From IMG/VR virus record IMGVR_UViG_3300012582_000005, positions 1 through 64,000 of that record: DNA of 64,000 nucleotides. One strand, 5' to 3'. The DNA comes from a virus. A program made the translations under genes and the position numbers. This document shows positions 53,163-61,489 of this stretch, in pieces; the stretch's first letter is position 1; every line of letters begins with the position of its first letter. The notes beneath the pieces were generated by a model. The model was not told where the DNA came from. It saw only the letters and a list, made by a program, of their open reading frames with translations, and ran no database searches.

Positions 53163-54776
53163 TTAAGATTTCTGAATAATTAAGTAATCACCTACTCGAA
53201 TTTCTTTGTTTTTCCCACCCAAAACCCTGACTATTTGATTTTTCCAATCTAAAAGTATTTTATCATAAAATTTTCTATCAATAAAATCATAAAAATAACC
53301 TATAAGATTACTTCTACCCAATATTGACCTGAGATATTTATAAACGTCTTCTGCTTCAACATCTTTTCTATCCATATTATACTTTTTAGCTGTTTCATTA
53401 ACAGTTGTAGAAAATTCACCTCTAAATCTATCCATATCAATATAATGTGCCCAATCATCTACAGGATAAATTTCAGTGAAATTATTCTTCAACGAAGAAA
53501 ACATTTTATCAATAATTACAGTTTCATCTTTTGTAATATCAAAAATATAGAATGTTTTAGACTCTTCATCAACATAGGTATATTCACATGACTTATCTTT
53601 AACAATATATTCTATATCTAAATTAAGCTCTTTTGATAATAAAATTGCTTTAGTATCATTGAATGCTGATTTTATTTCTTCTATACCTAATGTGTCCATA
53701 TAAGGTGTAGCTAATCCTTTTGTATTTTTGTAAAAATATCTATCACCTTTATAAGTATTTTTCATAGAAGTATATTTTTCTATCATTCCATGATGAAACT
53801 CATTCATATCATACATTTTAGGATAAGCTGATTCAAAATATAATTTTCCTTTAATATTTCTTATAAGACATCTTGAAAATGGTGTGAATGGTATTATATT
53901 ATTCCCTATATCTATAAATGGTGTATTAAATCTTAAAAAACAAATTTTACAATTTTTATCAAACACATTTGAAGGTAATTGATGTCTATATCCACCATTA
54001 TACATATTTTGACAAGAATCGTAAAATGCTGATAAAGACATATTTAACATATCTTCTGCTTTTGATGAAATGTATAATTCTAAATCAAATTTACCTAAAA
54101 TATCAATATCGAAATTATTTCTAGTAATATCATTAATCCTTGAATAGATATTTTTGAAAGCTTCTAAAATATATGGATTTGAAATATCACCACCATAACA
54201 ATTGTGATAACCCATAAATAAGCTATTAATGTTAGATTTATTATCTGTAAATACTGGTTCACCTGGTAATTTATCTTCATATGATAACTCACCATCTTTT
54301 CTTAGAGGTATACCACTTTTATCACGTATTACTTTTCTATCACCTTTGGTTTCACTTATACTCAGCATCCTAAAATTATTACCATATAACATTTTTATAT
54401 CTTTAATGGTAGGTTTAATTATATTAATTTCATTATCGTGTATATAGGATTGCTTAACTATATCTAAAAATCTTTCAGATGGTTTAAATTCTTTTAAAGA
54501 GTTTTCTACAGATGATATGTTTATGTTAAACATTAGTTGAATTGCCTTATCTTTATCTTCCTCTGAAAGTTTCCATAAGCCATCGGTGATATTATCTGTT
54601 TTCTTTGGAACATCAGTATCTAATATATCATATGCATCTATATTATAAACTGAATAGTCATCATCGTCTGGATCATACTGTAAAATGTTATTCTTTAATA
54701 TGTCTTGTTGATGTTTTGGAATCTCATCCTTTAATGCTTCCTTTATAAATTGTGTGAAATTGAATATACGTTTCAT
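53163..54776 (-). CDS. Paralogue family member 3 (537 aa), with CTS-like leader
   Basis: The leader is MKRIFNFTQFIKE|ALKDEIP. The core reads DLELYISSKAEDMLNMSLSAFYDSCQNMYNG...FSRCLIRNIKG. Confidence 0.7.
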   Translation of the reverse strand: MKRIFNFTQFIKEALKDEIPKHQQDILKNNILQYDPDDDDYSVYNIDAYDILDTDVPKKTDNITDGLWKLSEEDKDKAIQLMFNINISSVENSLKEFKPSERFLDIVKQSYIHDNEINIIKPTIKDIKMLYGNNFRMLSISETKGDRKVIRDKSGIPLRKDGELSYEDKLPGEPVFTDNKSNINSLFMGYHNCYGGDISNPYILEAFKNIYSRINDITRNNFDIDILGKFDLELYISSKAEDMLNMSLSAFYDSCQNMYNGGYRHQLPSNVFDKNCKICFLRFNTPFIDIGNNIIPFTPFSRCLIRNIKGKLYFESAYPKMYDMNEFHHGMIEKYTSMKNTYKGDRYFYKNTKGLATPYMDTLGIEEIKSAFNDTKAILLSKELNLDIEYIVKDKSCEYTYVDEESKTFYIFDITKDETVIIDKMFSSLKNNFTEIYPVDDWAHYIDMDRFRGEFSTTVNETAKKYNMDRKDVEAEDVYKYLRSILGRSNLIGYFYDFIDRKFYDKILLDWKNQIVRVLGGKNKEIRVGDYLIIQKS

Positions 54777-54792
54777 AATAAATTGTAATATT

Positions 54793-54810
54793 GACTATAT
54801 ATTATTTTTT
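54793..54810 (-). promoter_or_regulatory. Late-promoter-like element
   Basis: The minus strand reads AAAAAATAATATATAGTC, 16 nt before ATG 54776. Confidence 0.3.
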
Positions 54811-55516
54811 ATTTTATAATATCCACAATATTTGATTCTAAAAATAGTAATAAGAAAAAAGCATCATTTATATCATCTAATGGTTTTATAATAGAAGACA
54901 TTTTATAAATTTCTTTAAAATTTTCTCTAATAAATTTTGTTAAATCATTATTAATATTCGAATCATTTAAAGCTTTAAAGATTTGATGTTTTTTCATAGA
55001 GCCCCCACTTATACCATCTGATGTTTTTGTGATTATTTTAATAATATTACCACTTTTATTTTTTTTAATTTCACCACCATATACTAAATAACAAGCTTGC
55101 ATTTTTAAAGTTGATGGTGATATAACATTCATTTTTGCGTTTAATATATTTTTCATTTTACTTCTAAATAAAGTCGTATATGTTACTATGTCAATAATTG
55201 AAGATGTTTTACCACCGCTGCTATAGGAAAACCCTTCTATATTATAAATTATATTATCATCACCTGTTATTTTTTTAATATCAAAAATTATTTGATCAGT
55301 TATTCTATCATAATCAATTAATTTATTGTTTTCGTTTGTAGAATAATTATCACTAATTTTAAACTCTGTACTCGTAATATTAACAAAATTCATTAACTTA
55401 GTCCATTTCCCATATTTGAAATTTTTAACATATGAAAGATAGTGATATACACCATTAGTTTTGATAACTAATGCAGCAGATGTTAACGATAAATCAACTC
55501 CAATATAACTATACAT
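54809..55516 (-). CDS. RuvC-like Holliday junction resolvase
   Basis: YIGVDLSLTSAALVI supplies the first Asp, NIEGFSYS the Glu, and the C-terminal DDINDAFFLLLF the final acidic residues. Confidence 0.55.
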   Translation of the reverse strand: MYSYIGVDLSLTSAALVIKTNGVYHYLSYVKNFKYGKWTKLMNFVNITSTEFKISDNYSTNENNKLIDYDRITDQIIFDIKKITGDDNIIYNIEGFSYSSGGKTSSIIDIVTYTTLFRSKMKNILNAKMNVISPSTLKMQACYLVYGGEIKKNKSGNIIKIITKTSDGISGGSMKKHQIFKALNDSNINNDLTKFIRENFKEIYKMSSIIKPLDDINDAFFLLLFLESNIVDIIK

Positions 55517-55529
55517 AAAGTCTATACTT

Positions 55530-55547
55530 TTTTAATATATATTAAAA
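55530..55547. promoter_or_regulatory. Palindromic late-promoter-like element in a divergent intergenic region
   Basis: TTTTAATATATATTAAAA is a perfect 18-bp palindrome between divergent genes 55516(-) and 55613(+). Confidence 0.3.
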
Positions 55548-55612
55548 TATTACTATCTATGGATAATGAGATGTAATATCAAAAACTAAATGAAAAAAAT
55601 AATTAAAAATAT

Positions 55613-56230
55613 ATGATAACTAAACAATTTACTTACAAAGGACAAAACATAACGTTTAATGAAACAGATGTTATTTTGGTACACAAAAATAAAATATCAT
55701 CTATAAGTGATATACCTTCACCAGTTATTAGAATGTTGACTAAATGTTATTATAATCATGCTGCTTTAGTTGTTAACTATTTAGATACTTTATACATAGC
55801 TGAAGCTGTAGCTAATGGTTTTGTTGTCACTAAACGATTGGATAAATATATGACAGAATTAGGTGATGTTAGAGAAATAGCAGTTTTAAGAGCTAAACCA
55901 GAATTTGGATATACTGTTGAAACGGTGTATAATAATATTACTGATATAGTTAATAAACCATATGCTTATGGTACACTATTATTCACACAAGTAATATATC
56001 TATTAACTAAAAAAGTATTTGGTAAAGGTTGGTGGACAGGTAAAAATAACGAAGACGGAAAAAGAACAATTGAATGTTCAGAAGTTATTGCTAATGCTTA
56101 CAATACATTTTTCACAGGTACTATAGCTAGAACAACCCCTGCTGATATATGGTGTTGCTCTAAATTTGATGTTATTTTTGAAAGTGATTTAACAGATAGG
56201 TCAGCTTTTGATAAAAAATACAAAAAATAA
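55613..56230 (+). CDS. Permuted papain-fold amidase (YiiX/YaeF, C92-like)
   Basis: The order YNHAALVV...AEAV...PYAYG...ECSEVIANAY follows the His-before-Cys arrangement of that family. Confidence 0.5.
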   Translation: MITKQFTYKGQNITFNETDVILVHKNKISSISDIPSPVIRMLTKCYYNHAALVVNYLDTLYIAEAVANGFVVTKRLDKYMTELGDVREIAVLRAKPEFGYTVETVYNNITDIVNKPYAYGTLLFTQVIYLLTKKVFGKGWWTGKNNEDGKRTIECSEVIANAYNTFFTGTIARTTPADIWCCSKFDVIFESDLTDRSAFDKKYKK

Positions 56231-56250
56231 CTATTTATAATAAAATATTC

Positions 56251-56514
56251 ATGAAAAAAGAGATTCTATTAAAATTTCAAAAAATTATATTAGGAGTAAT
56301 AATATTGGTTATAGTATTAATATTGTCAATATTTGCTATACCAATATTATATCTGTCTAAAAAATTTAAAAAATGTCAATACTGTAAAAAGAGAGGTAAA
56401 ATATCATACGAAGAGAAATATTATAATACTTTTATACCTGTTTGTCAAAATTGCTTAAATTTTAAAAATAAAAATGTTAGAAGGAAAGTTATTATAGATG
56501 ATATTGTTAACTAG
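56251..56514 (+). CDS. Small membrane protein with a CxxC...CxxC ribbon
   Basis: The TM segment is IILGVIILVIVLILSIFAIPILYL, followed by CQYC...CQNC. Confidence 0.4.
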   Translation: MKKEILLKFQKIILGVIILVIVLILSIFAIPILYLSKKFKKCQYCKKRGKISYEEKYYNTFIPVCQNCLNFKNKNVRRKVIIDDIVN

Positions 56515-56756
56515 TCTAATTCCTCATTTGAATCTAATCTTTTAAAGCCTATACCATTACACTCTGAACAACCATTTCCACCACAAGTACAAATTTCACC
56601 TTTTTTAAAAATTTCTTCATCTTCTTCTATTACACCATTCATAAAACAATCTTGGTCATTATCAAAATATGATATTCCCATCGGTGGATAATTTGGAAAA
56701 GAAGGCTTCAAGAATTGATTGAATGACTTCAAGTGTTTTCTTTTTTTATTTTTCAT
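56511..56756 (-). CDS. Small protein with DnaJ-type CxxCxGxG zinc motif and a leader-like N-terminus
   Basis: ATG 56756 is preferred because GTTTAATATATACAAC lies directly upstream. The motifs are HLKSFNQFLK and CTCGGNGCSECNGIG. Confidence 0.4.
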   Translation of the reverse strand: MKNKKRKHLKSFNQFLKPSFPNYPPMGISYFDNDQDCFMNGVIEEDEEIFKKGEICTCGGNGCSECNGIGFKRLDSNEELD

Positions 56757-56772
56757 GTTGTATATATTAAAC
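56757..56772 (-). promoter_or_regulatory. Late-promoter-like element
   Basis: The minus strand reads GTTTAATATATACAAC and abuts ATG 56756. Confidence 0.3.
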
Positions 56773-56858
56773 ATATTCTCAATATATTTTATCGACACTT
56801 AAATTTTTTTCTCATTATTTATATAACATTTATATTAAAAAAAACGTTATTATGAGCA

Positions 56859-57806
56859 ATGAGAAAAAAGACAATATCAACATTTTATGATGAAAGAATG
56901 GTTTTAATGGACGAAAATGTGCCAAATATTTCCAAATCACCATTAAAACCAAAAAAAATTATAGAATACATCCATAAAAACGGATTATTGGAATATTTCG
57001 ACATCAAGGAGTTTGAACCTTTCGAAAAAGAAGTTTTTTATACAGCACACTTCGAAAAATATGTTGACAATTTTTTTAATGGTATAGAACCACAAGCATC
57101 ATCAAATGGTTTGAAGTGGAATGCTCAATTTGCAGATTCGGTAAGATATACTAATGCGAGTTTATATAATGCTATTTTAAATTCTATAAAAAATCCAGAT
57201 GAAGTATCATTTAGTAATACTGCTGGTTTCCATCATGCTACACCTGATGAAGGAATGGGATTTTGTACATTTTCAGGACAAGTAATAGCATCACTAAAAA
57301 TTTATAGAGAACTTGGATTATCTGGTGCATATCTCGATTTAGATGGGCATTTTGGAAATAGTTTAGAAGACAGTAGGTATTTTGCACCTGATTTAAATGA
57401 AGCTGTTCCTACAGAATGTAATATTAATCCTCAATATCATAGTAAATATTACATTATTGATTTACAGGAAAGATTAGAAAAATTAAGAGAACGAATAATT
57501 CAAGGAAAAACACATTATTTAGTATTCTGTCATGGTGCTGACTCCCATTTTTGGGACGACTATGGTACACAATTAAATACTGAACAATGGATAGAATGTT
57601 CTAAAATAGTATACAACTTTGTTAAAAGTATTGAAGAAGAATTAAAAAAGCCATTTCCTTTAGCTCTTTCACTATTCGGTGGTTATAGAAAAGATGATTA
57701 TAATAGTGTACTATCTCTACATTTAGCAGATTTAGTAGAATGTTTGAATATATTATGTGATAATGACATTAAATATAAACCAAGCGTAATAGAACCGAGA
57801 TATTAA
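56859..57806 (+). CDS. Histone deacetylase/acetoin-utilisation family (arginase-fold) deacetylase
   Basis: The catalytic HH is in GFHHATPDEGMGFCTF. YLDLDGHFGN provides the D-x-H zinc ligands, GADSH the third ligand, and FGGY the catalytic Tyr. Confidence 0.75.
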   Translation: MRKKTISTFYDERMVLMDENVPNISKSPLKPKKIIEYIHKNGLLEYFDIKEFEPFEKEVFYTAHFEKYVDNFFNGIEPQASSNGLKWNAQFADSVRYTNASLYNAILNSIKNPDEVSFSNTAGFHHATPDEGMGFCTFSGQVIASLKIYRELGLSGAYLDLDGHFGNSLEDSRYFAPDLNEAVPTECNINPQYHSKYYIIDLQERLEKLRERIIQGKTHYLVFCHGADSHFWDDYGTQLNTEQWIECSKIVYNFVKSIEEELKKPFPLALSLFGGYRKDDYNSVLSLHLADLVECLNILCDNDIKYKPSVIEPRY

Positions 57807-57815
57807 AACTTACAA

Positions 57816-58316
57816 ATGATATTAAAAGGTAAAAAAATTCCTAAAGAAATTTTAGAAGTTTTGGTTATTACAACTGTTAAATATTATGGATTTGATGATA
57901 CAATTCATCAAGGACAGATAATTGTGCATAAAAAATTAGAGGATGATGTAAAAAGAATATTTCAAGATTTATTTTCTATTAAATTTCCTATACATTCAAT
58001 TATTCCTATTTCTGAATTTGAATGGTCTGATTATCAGTCTTGTAAAGCAAACAATACTTCGTGCTTTAATTATAGAGTCGTAGTAGGTACAACCGAATTA
58101 TCTGAACATGCTAAAGGATGTGCCATAGATATAAATCCTTTTCAAAATCCATGGATACATATAAATGCACATAAAATTGAAGGTAGAGTGTATAAAATAG
58201 GAAATAAAGGCACTATAAATGATGATGTAATCCAAATTTTTAAGAAATATGGGTGGAATTGGGGCGGTGTATGGAAAAATCCAGATTATCAACATTTTTT
58301 TAAATCTATAGAATAA
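57816..58316 (+). CDS. Peptidase M15 family (VanY/D-Ala-D-Ala or L-Ala-D-Glu peptidase-like), probable endolysin
   Basis: LSEHAKGCAIDINP matches S-x-H-x-x-G-x-A-x-D. WGGVWKNPDYQHF is also present. Confidence 0.75.
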   Translation: MILKGKKIPKEILEVLVITTVKYYGFDDTIHQGQIIVHKKLEDDVKRIFQDLFSIKFPIHSIIPISEFEWSDYQSCKANNTSCFNYRVVVGTTELSEHAKGCAIDINPFQNPWIHINAHKIEGRVYKIGNKGTINDDVIQIFKKYGWNWGGVWKNPDYQHFFKSIE

Positions 58317-58328
58317 ATTTCTCAAAAT

Positions 58329-58371
58329 AAGTTATAAAATATTTGTATTAGTCTACAATATTTTATAACTT
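58329..58371. repeat. Perfect 15-bp AT-rich inverted repeat with a 13-nt spacer
   Basis: AAGTTATAAAATATT, TGTATTAGTCTAC, AATATTTTATAACTT. No T-run follows. The spacer region contains TTGTATTA. Confidence 0.5.
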
Positions 58372-58391
58372 TGTTCTCTAATTATAGAAAT

Positions 58392-59573
58392 ATGAAGAGA
58401 TTGTTTATATTGTTAATTCTATTTTCAATATCCATTACAGGTTTTTCAAAAACTTTAAATTTGGATACCTATCTAAAAACTTATTACGATAACGCCGAAT
58501 ATAAAAAGTGTTATGATTTAACACGTGTGATAGCTAAAGGTAGCTATAGTGGGTATAGTTTAACACCATTTGGTATAAAATTTAATGATAATATTACTTA
58601 TATTTCATCTGAAATGAAGTATTATGAGCTTCATAGTTTATATAATATAAATTCTGATGCTTTCTATTATAATTATATCGTACAAAATGATGCCATATTA
58701 AAATATTTTTCCAAAGAAGATGTGTATCCTAAGTTTTTAAATTGGATAGATAGTCTATATAACACTCCCATTATTGATGAGTTTAAAATACTTGTTGATA
58801 ATGCATTATCAAGTCATCCTATAGAAATTGATGATATTAAAGAAATAAAAAGTGATATTCGACAAACACTTAAACTCAGTGAATTGTATAATTTCCTTTC
58901 GAAAAAGGATACTATAGCAAGAGATAAAATATTTAAAGTTAATAATTCGAATTTAGTAAAATTCATGAGTAAATATAAGAATGTAGATTTATTAAATTTA
59001 TATTCCGAAGATTTTGATTTAATGAACTCTACTAAATCTCCTTCTGGTAAAGTAATGTCAATTCAAAATGATGCATATGTTTTCTTTAAAAATGTAATTA
59101 GAACTAAACGGTTTATAAACGAAAAACAAATATGTGATTATTTATACACAAATACGAATTTTAGTGATAGTGAAAAGATATTCGTAACATATTATTTCTT
59201 TAGAGCATTTTTATCATACGCACAAAAAAATACTACTACATATACAAATTACACTAATATAGAAAAAATAATTCTATATCGAACTACTATATGTAATGGG
59301 TATGCTATCATTTTAAAGCATTTTCTAAATAAAAATAATATAGAGTGTTATCATATAACGTTGAGTACTAATAATGGGCTACACGCTAATAATATTTTGG
59401 TATTTAAAAATAAAGTATATTATGTAGACTTGACATGGGATATTTATTTTAAAAATATTAATACATTTTCTAATAGTAAAATAAAGTCGTTGGGTTATAT
59501 AATAATGATTGATGAATCTACTGATTGTAATCGAATTAATTATTTAAAAAATGTAATAAAAAAAGGGAGTTAA
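58392..59573 (+). CDS. Secreted transglutaminase-like (Cys-His-Asp) superfamily protein
   Basis: The signal peptide is MKRLFILLILFSISITGFS. The triad is in TICNGYAIILKHFL...GLHANNILV...YYVDLTWD. ATG 58392 is preferred over TTG 58371. Confidence 0.6.
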   Translation: MKRLFILLILFSISITGFSKTLNLDTYLKTYYDNAEYKKCYDLTRVIAKGSYSGYSLTPFGIKFNDNITYISSEMKYYELHSLYNINSDAFYYNYIVQNDAILKYFSKEDVYPKFLNWIDSLYNTPIIDEFKILVDNALSSHPIEIDDIKEIKSDIRQTLKLSELYNFLSKKDTIARDKIFKVNNSNLVKFMSKYKNVDLLNLYSEDFDLMNSTKSPSGKVMSIQNDAYVFFKNVIRTKRFINEKQICDYLYTNTNFSDSEKIFVTYYFFRAFLSYAQKNTTTYTNYTNIEKIILYRTTICNGYAIILKHFLNKNNIECYHITLSTNNGLHANNILVFKNKVYYVDLTWDIYFKNINTFSNSKIKSLGYIIMIDESTDCNRINYLKNVIKKGS

Positions 59574-59587
59574 AAACTCCCTTTTTT
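59565..59587. terminator. Bidirectional intrinsic terminator
   Basis: A-run, GGGAGT, TAAAA loop, ACTCCC, then TTTTTT, between convergent genes. Confidence 0.7.
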
Positions 59588-60446
59588 ATTTAACTTTTAA
59601 GCTAAGTTTAACAAATTGTTCAGCTAAGAATTTAGGATCTTGTGGATTGTCTGTACCTTTCACGTATGGTGTTTTCCCCATTACTGTAGTTACTGTCGCA
59701 ACTTGTGATATAAATCTCGATAAATCTGGATTGGATGTTTTATATAAAGTAATGACATAATTTTTCAAATTGTTAGCTCTTGCTTGTGCTAAAGCTTGGT
59801 TTCCACCTTGATATGTAGTGGCAACTTGTGATGCACCACCAACAAAAGTAAATGTATACTTATCGGTAGCACCTGGCGCTCTTAAAGCACCTTTATTTTC
59901 AGTAAAATATGTTTCAAATGGTTTTAACATATCATTTAATTCAGTCTTCTTAGTTTCGTCTATAACATCAACATTGGGTGCAAAGAAATTTCCTAAATCT
60001 AATTCAATTGGTTTTATTGTTACTGGATTAGCACCACCTGGTACTATAATACCCTGAGCCATCCAAGCAGTACCATTTTTATTAAGATTTAAAACCCATG
60101 TGTTTTGTTCTGTACCATAATTTCCAATTACAGCTTTACCATCAGCACCGATATTCTTTTTTAAGATACCCATTTTAAATGGTCCATGAATAGAAGAACC
60201 TGTTGCAATATTAAAAGACTCATTAGTAGAGTAAATGAATCTATCTTCGCTATCAAGGAAAGTAAAATTCATTGGGGCTGTGTTTAAAGGCTTTCCATCA
60301 TAGAGGAATGTGCATGCACCTGTAATACCTTTTTTGTATTTTTCACCAACAGCATACCCAATAAGTTGAATTGATATTTGTAATTTAGCTGCATCAACCG
60401 CTTCATTTATTTTACCATAATCTTGATACTTCTTTAAATACTTCAT
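59586..60446 (-). CDS. Hypothetical protein with CTS-like leader; C-terminus weakly OmpA/MotB-like
   Basis: The leader is MKYLKKYQDYGKINE|A. FVGGASQVATTYQGGNQALAQARANNLKNYVI resembles GhtD..G....N..LS..RA..V..yl. Confidence 0.4.
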   Translation of the reverse strand: MKYLKKYQDYGKINEAVDAAKLQISIQLIGYAVGEKYKKGITGACTFLYDGKPLNTAPMNFTFLDSEDRFIYSTNESFNIATGSSIHGPFKMGILKKNIGADGKAVIGNYGTEQNTWVLNLNKNGTAWMAQGIIVPGGANPVTIKPIELDLGNFFAPNVDVIDETKKTELNDMLKPFETYFTENKGALRAPGATDKYTFTFVGGASQVATTYQGGNQALAQARANNLKNYVITLYKTSNPDLSRFISQVATVTTVMGKTPYVKGTDNPQDPKFLAEQFVKLSLKVK

Positions 60447-60460
60447 TATTAAAATGATAA

Positions 60461-60481
60461 TTTTTATTATATATAAAAATG
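60461..60481 (-). promoter_or_regulatory. Late-promoter-like element
   Basis: The minus strand reads CATTTTTATATATAATAAAAA, 14 nt before ATG 60446. Confidence 0.3.
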
Positions 60482-60509
60482 TAAAGGTTAAATTCTAAAC
60501 ATTTTATCA

Positions 60510-60527
60510 TTTTCATATATAATTTTT
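60510..60527 (+). promoter_or_regulatory. Late-promoter-like element
   Basis: TTTTCATATATAATTTTT abuts ATG 60528. Confidence 0.3.
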
Positions 60528-61109
60528 ATGAACAATAGAAGGAATATTTGCTTCCAAGATGGTAAAACGACTGAACTATTATTTGAAGAATTATTAGCTA
60601 AAAAAGGTGTATCATTTGAAAAAAGTAATTCGAATGATGATATGGTAAATAAGATTGATTATTATATGGGTAAAACTAATGTATCAATTCAAATAAAATC
60701 AAGCCCTAAGACAGACGATAATACAAGATGTGTGGAATTCATAGATGTTAGAGGAAATAGTGGCTGGATGGCTTCTAAAGCTGAAATAATAGCATTTGAA
60801 ACATCTGATAGTTTCTTGCTTGTGAAAATAGAAGATATTTGGAATTTATTGAAAGATAAATTACAGTTTTATACTACCGATAAAACAAATTTCCAATATG
60901 ATGATAATTTAACACTAAAAGAAAATATTTCGAATCATTATAACTTAATGAAAGTGTCTAATTCTTTAAATAAAACTTATTATAAAAATGTGGAAATTTA
61001 CACCCTTTATACGAGGGCTGATTGGGATGGTCAAAAAAGATGGGATTTTTGTACTAAAGTACCCATCTTCGATTTAGATGAAATATCCATAGCAAAACTC
61101 AGAAAATAG
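60528..61109 (+). CDS. Hypothetical protein (possible PD-(D/E)xK-like core)
   Basis: TELLFEELL...KIDYYMG...VSIQIKSS is only weakly suggestive. Confidence 0.35.
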   Translation: MNNRRNICFQDGKTTELLFEELLAKKGVSFEKSNSNDDMVNKIDYYMGKTNVSIQIKSSPKTDDNTRCVEFIDVRGNSGWMASKAEIIAFETSDSFLLVKIEDIWNLLKDKLQFYTTDKTNFQYDDNLTLKENISNHYNLMKVSNSLNKTYYKNVEIYTLYTRADWDGQKRWDFCTKVPIFDLDEISIAKLRK

Positions 61110-61197
61110 AAAATTTTAAAGGTTTTGTAAATAAATATTGAAAAAATATAGACTTTATAGAAAAAATTTAGTATATTTAAGTATAAATCAAATAATT

Positions 61198-61440
61198 ATG
61201 AAGAAGCTATTGGTATTTATAATAATTTTTATATTAAGTATTAATATAACATTTGCTGTTTCTAATGATAAGGAAAAGAAGCATAAATGTAAAAACTTGG
61301 GTATGTCCAAACTTAATCCTAAGAAAGCCATTCGTAGAAATGTAAAAAGTTTACACAGGGATATGAAAATGGCTAAAAAAATTAAGAAATATGAAACTAC
61401 CCATAAAAAGGAAAATATCATTATGCCAAAATTTAGATAA
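61198..61440 (+). CDS. Small basic secreted protein
   Basis: ATG 61198 exposes the signal peptide MKKLLVFIIIFILSINITFA. The TTG 61138 extension is rejected. Confidence 0.4.
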   Translation: MKKLLVFIIIFILSINITFAVSNDKEKKHKCKNLGMSKLNPKKAIRRNVKSLHRDMKMAKKIKKYETTHKKENIIMPKFR

Positions 61441-61489
61441 AGTGGATATGGAAGCAATAGTTTTTTGAATTATTGCTTCCATATCCACT
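61441..61489. terminator. Bidirectional terminator: perfect 19-bp inverted repeat
   Basis: AGTGGATATGGAAGCAATA, 11-nt loop, TATTGCTTCCATATCCACT. The right arm encodes the last codons (KWIWKQ*) of the minus-strand gene. Confidence 0.65.

Noticed and set aside
3898-61457. The remaining short overlapping ORF-track entries: 3898-4143, 5417-5614, 6468-6665, 12573-12773, 14125-14346, 17509-17760, 18947-19168, 41346-41567, 43962-44216, 46632-46826, 49079-49330, 49785-50084, 49894-50112, 51100-51327, 51614-51796, 52995-53183, 54229-54447, 58098-58325, 59818-60057 and 61188-61457.
   Set aside because: Each is nested in or antisense to a longer ORF with recognisable motifs or paralogues, and their translations are low-complexity.
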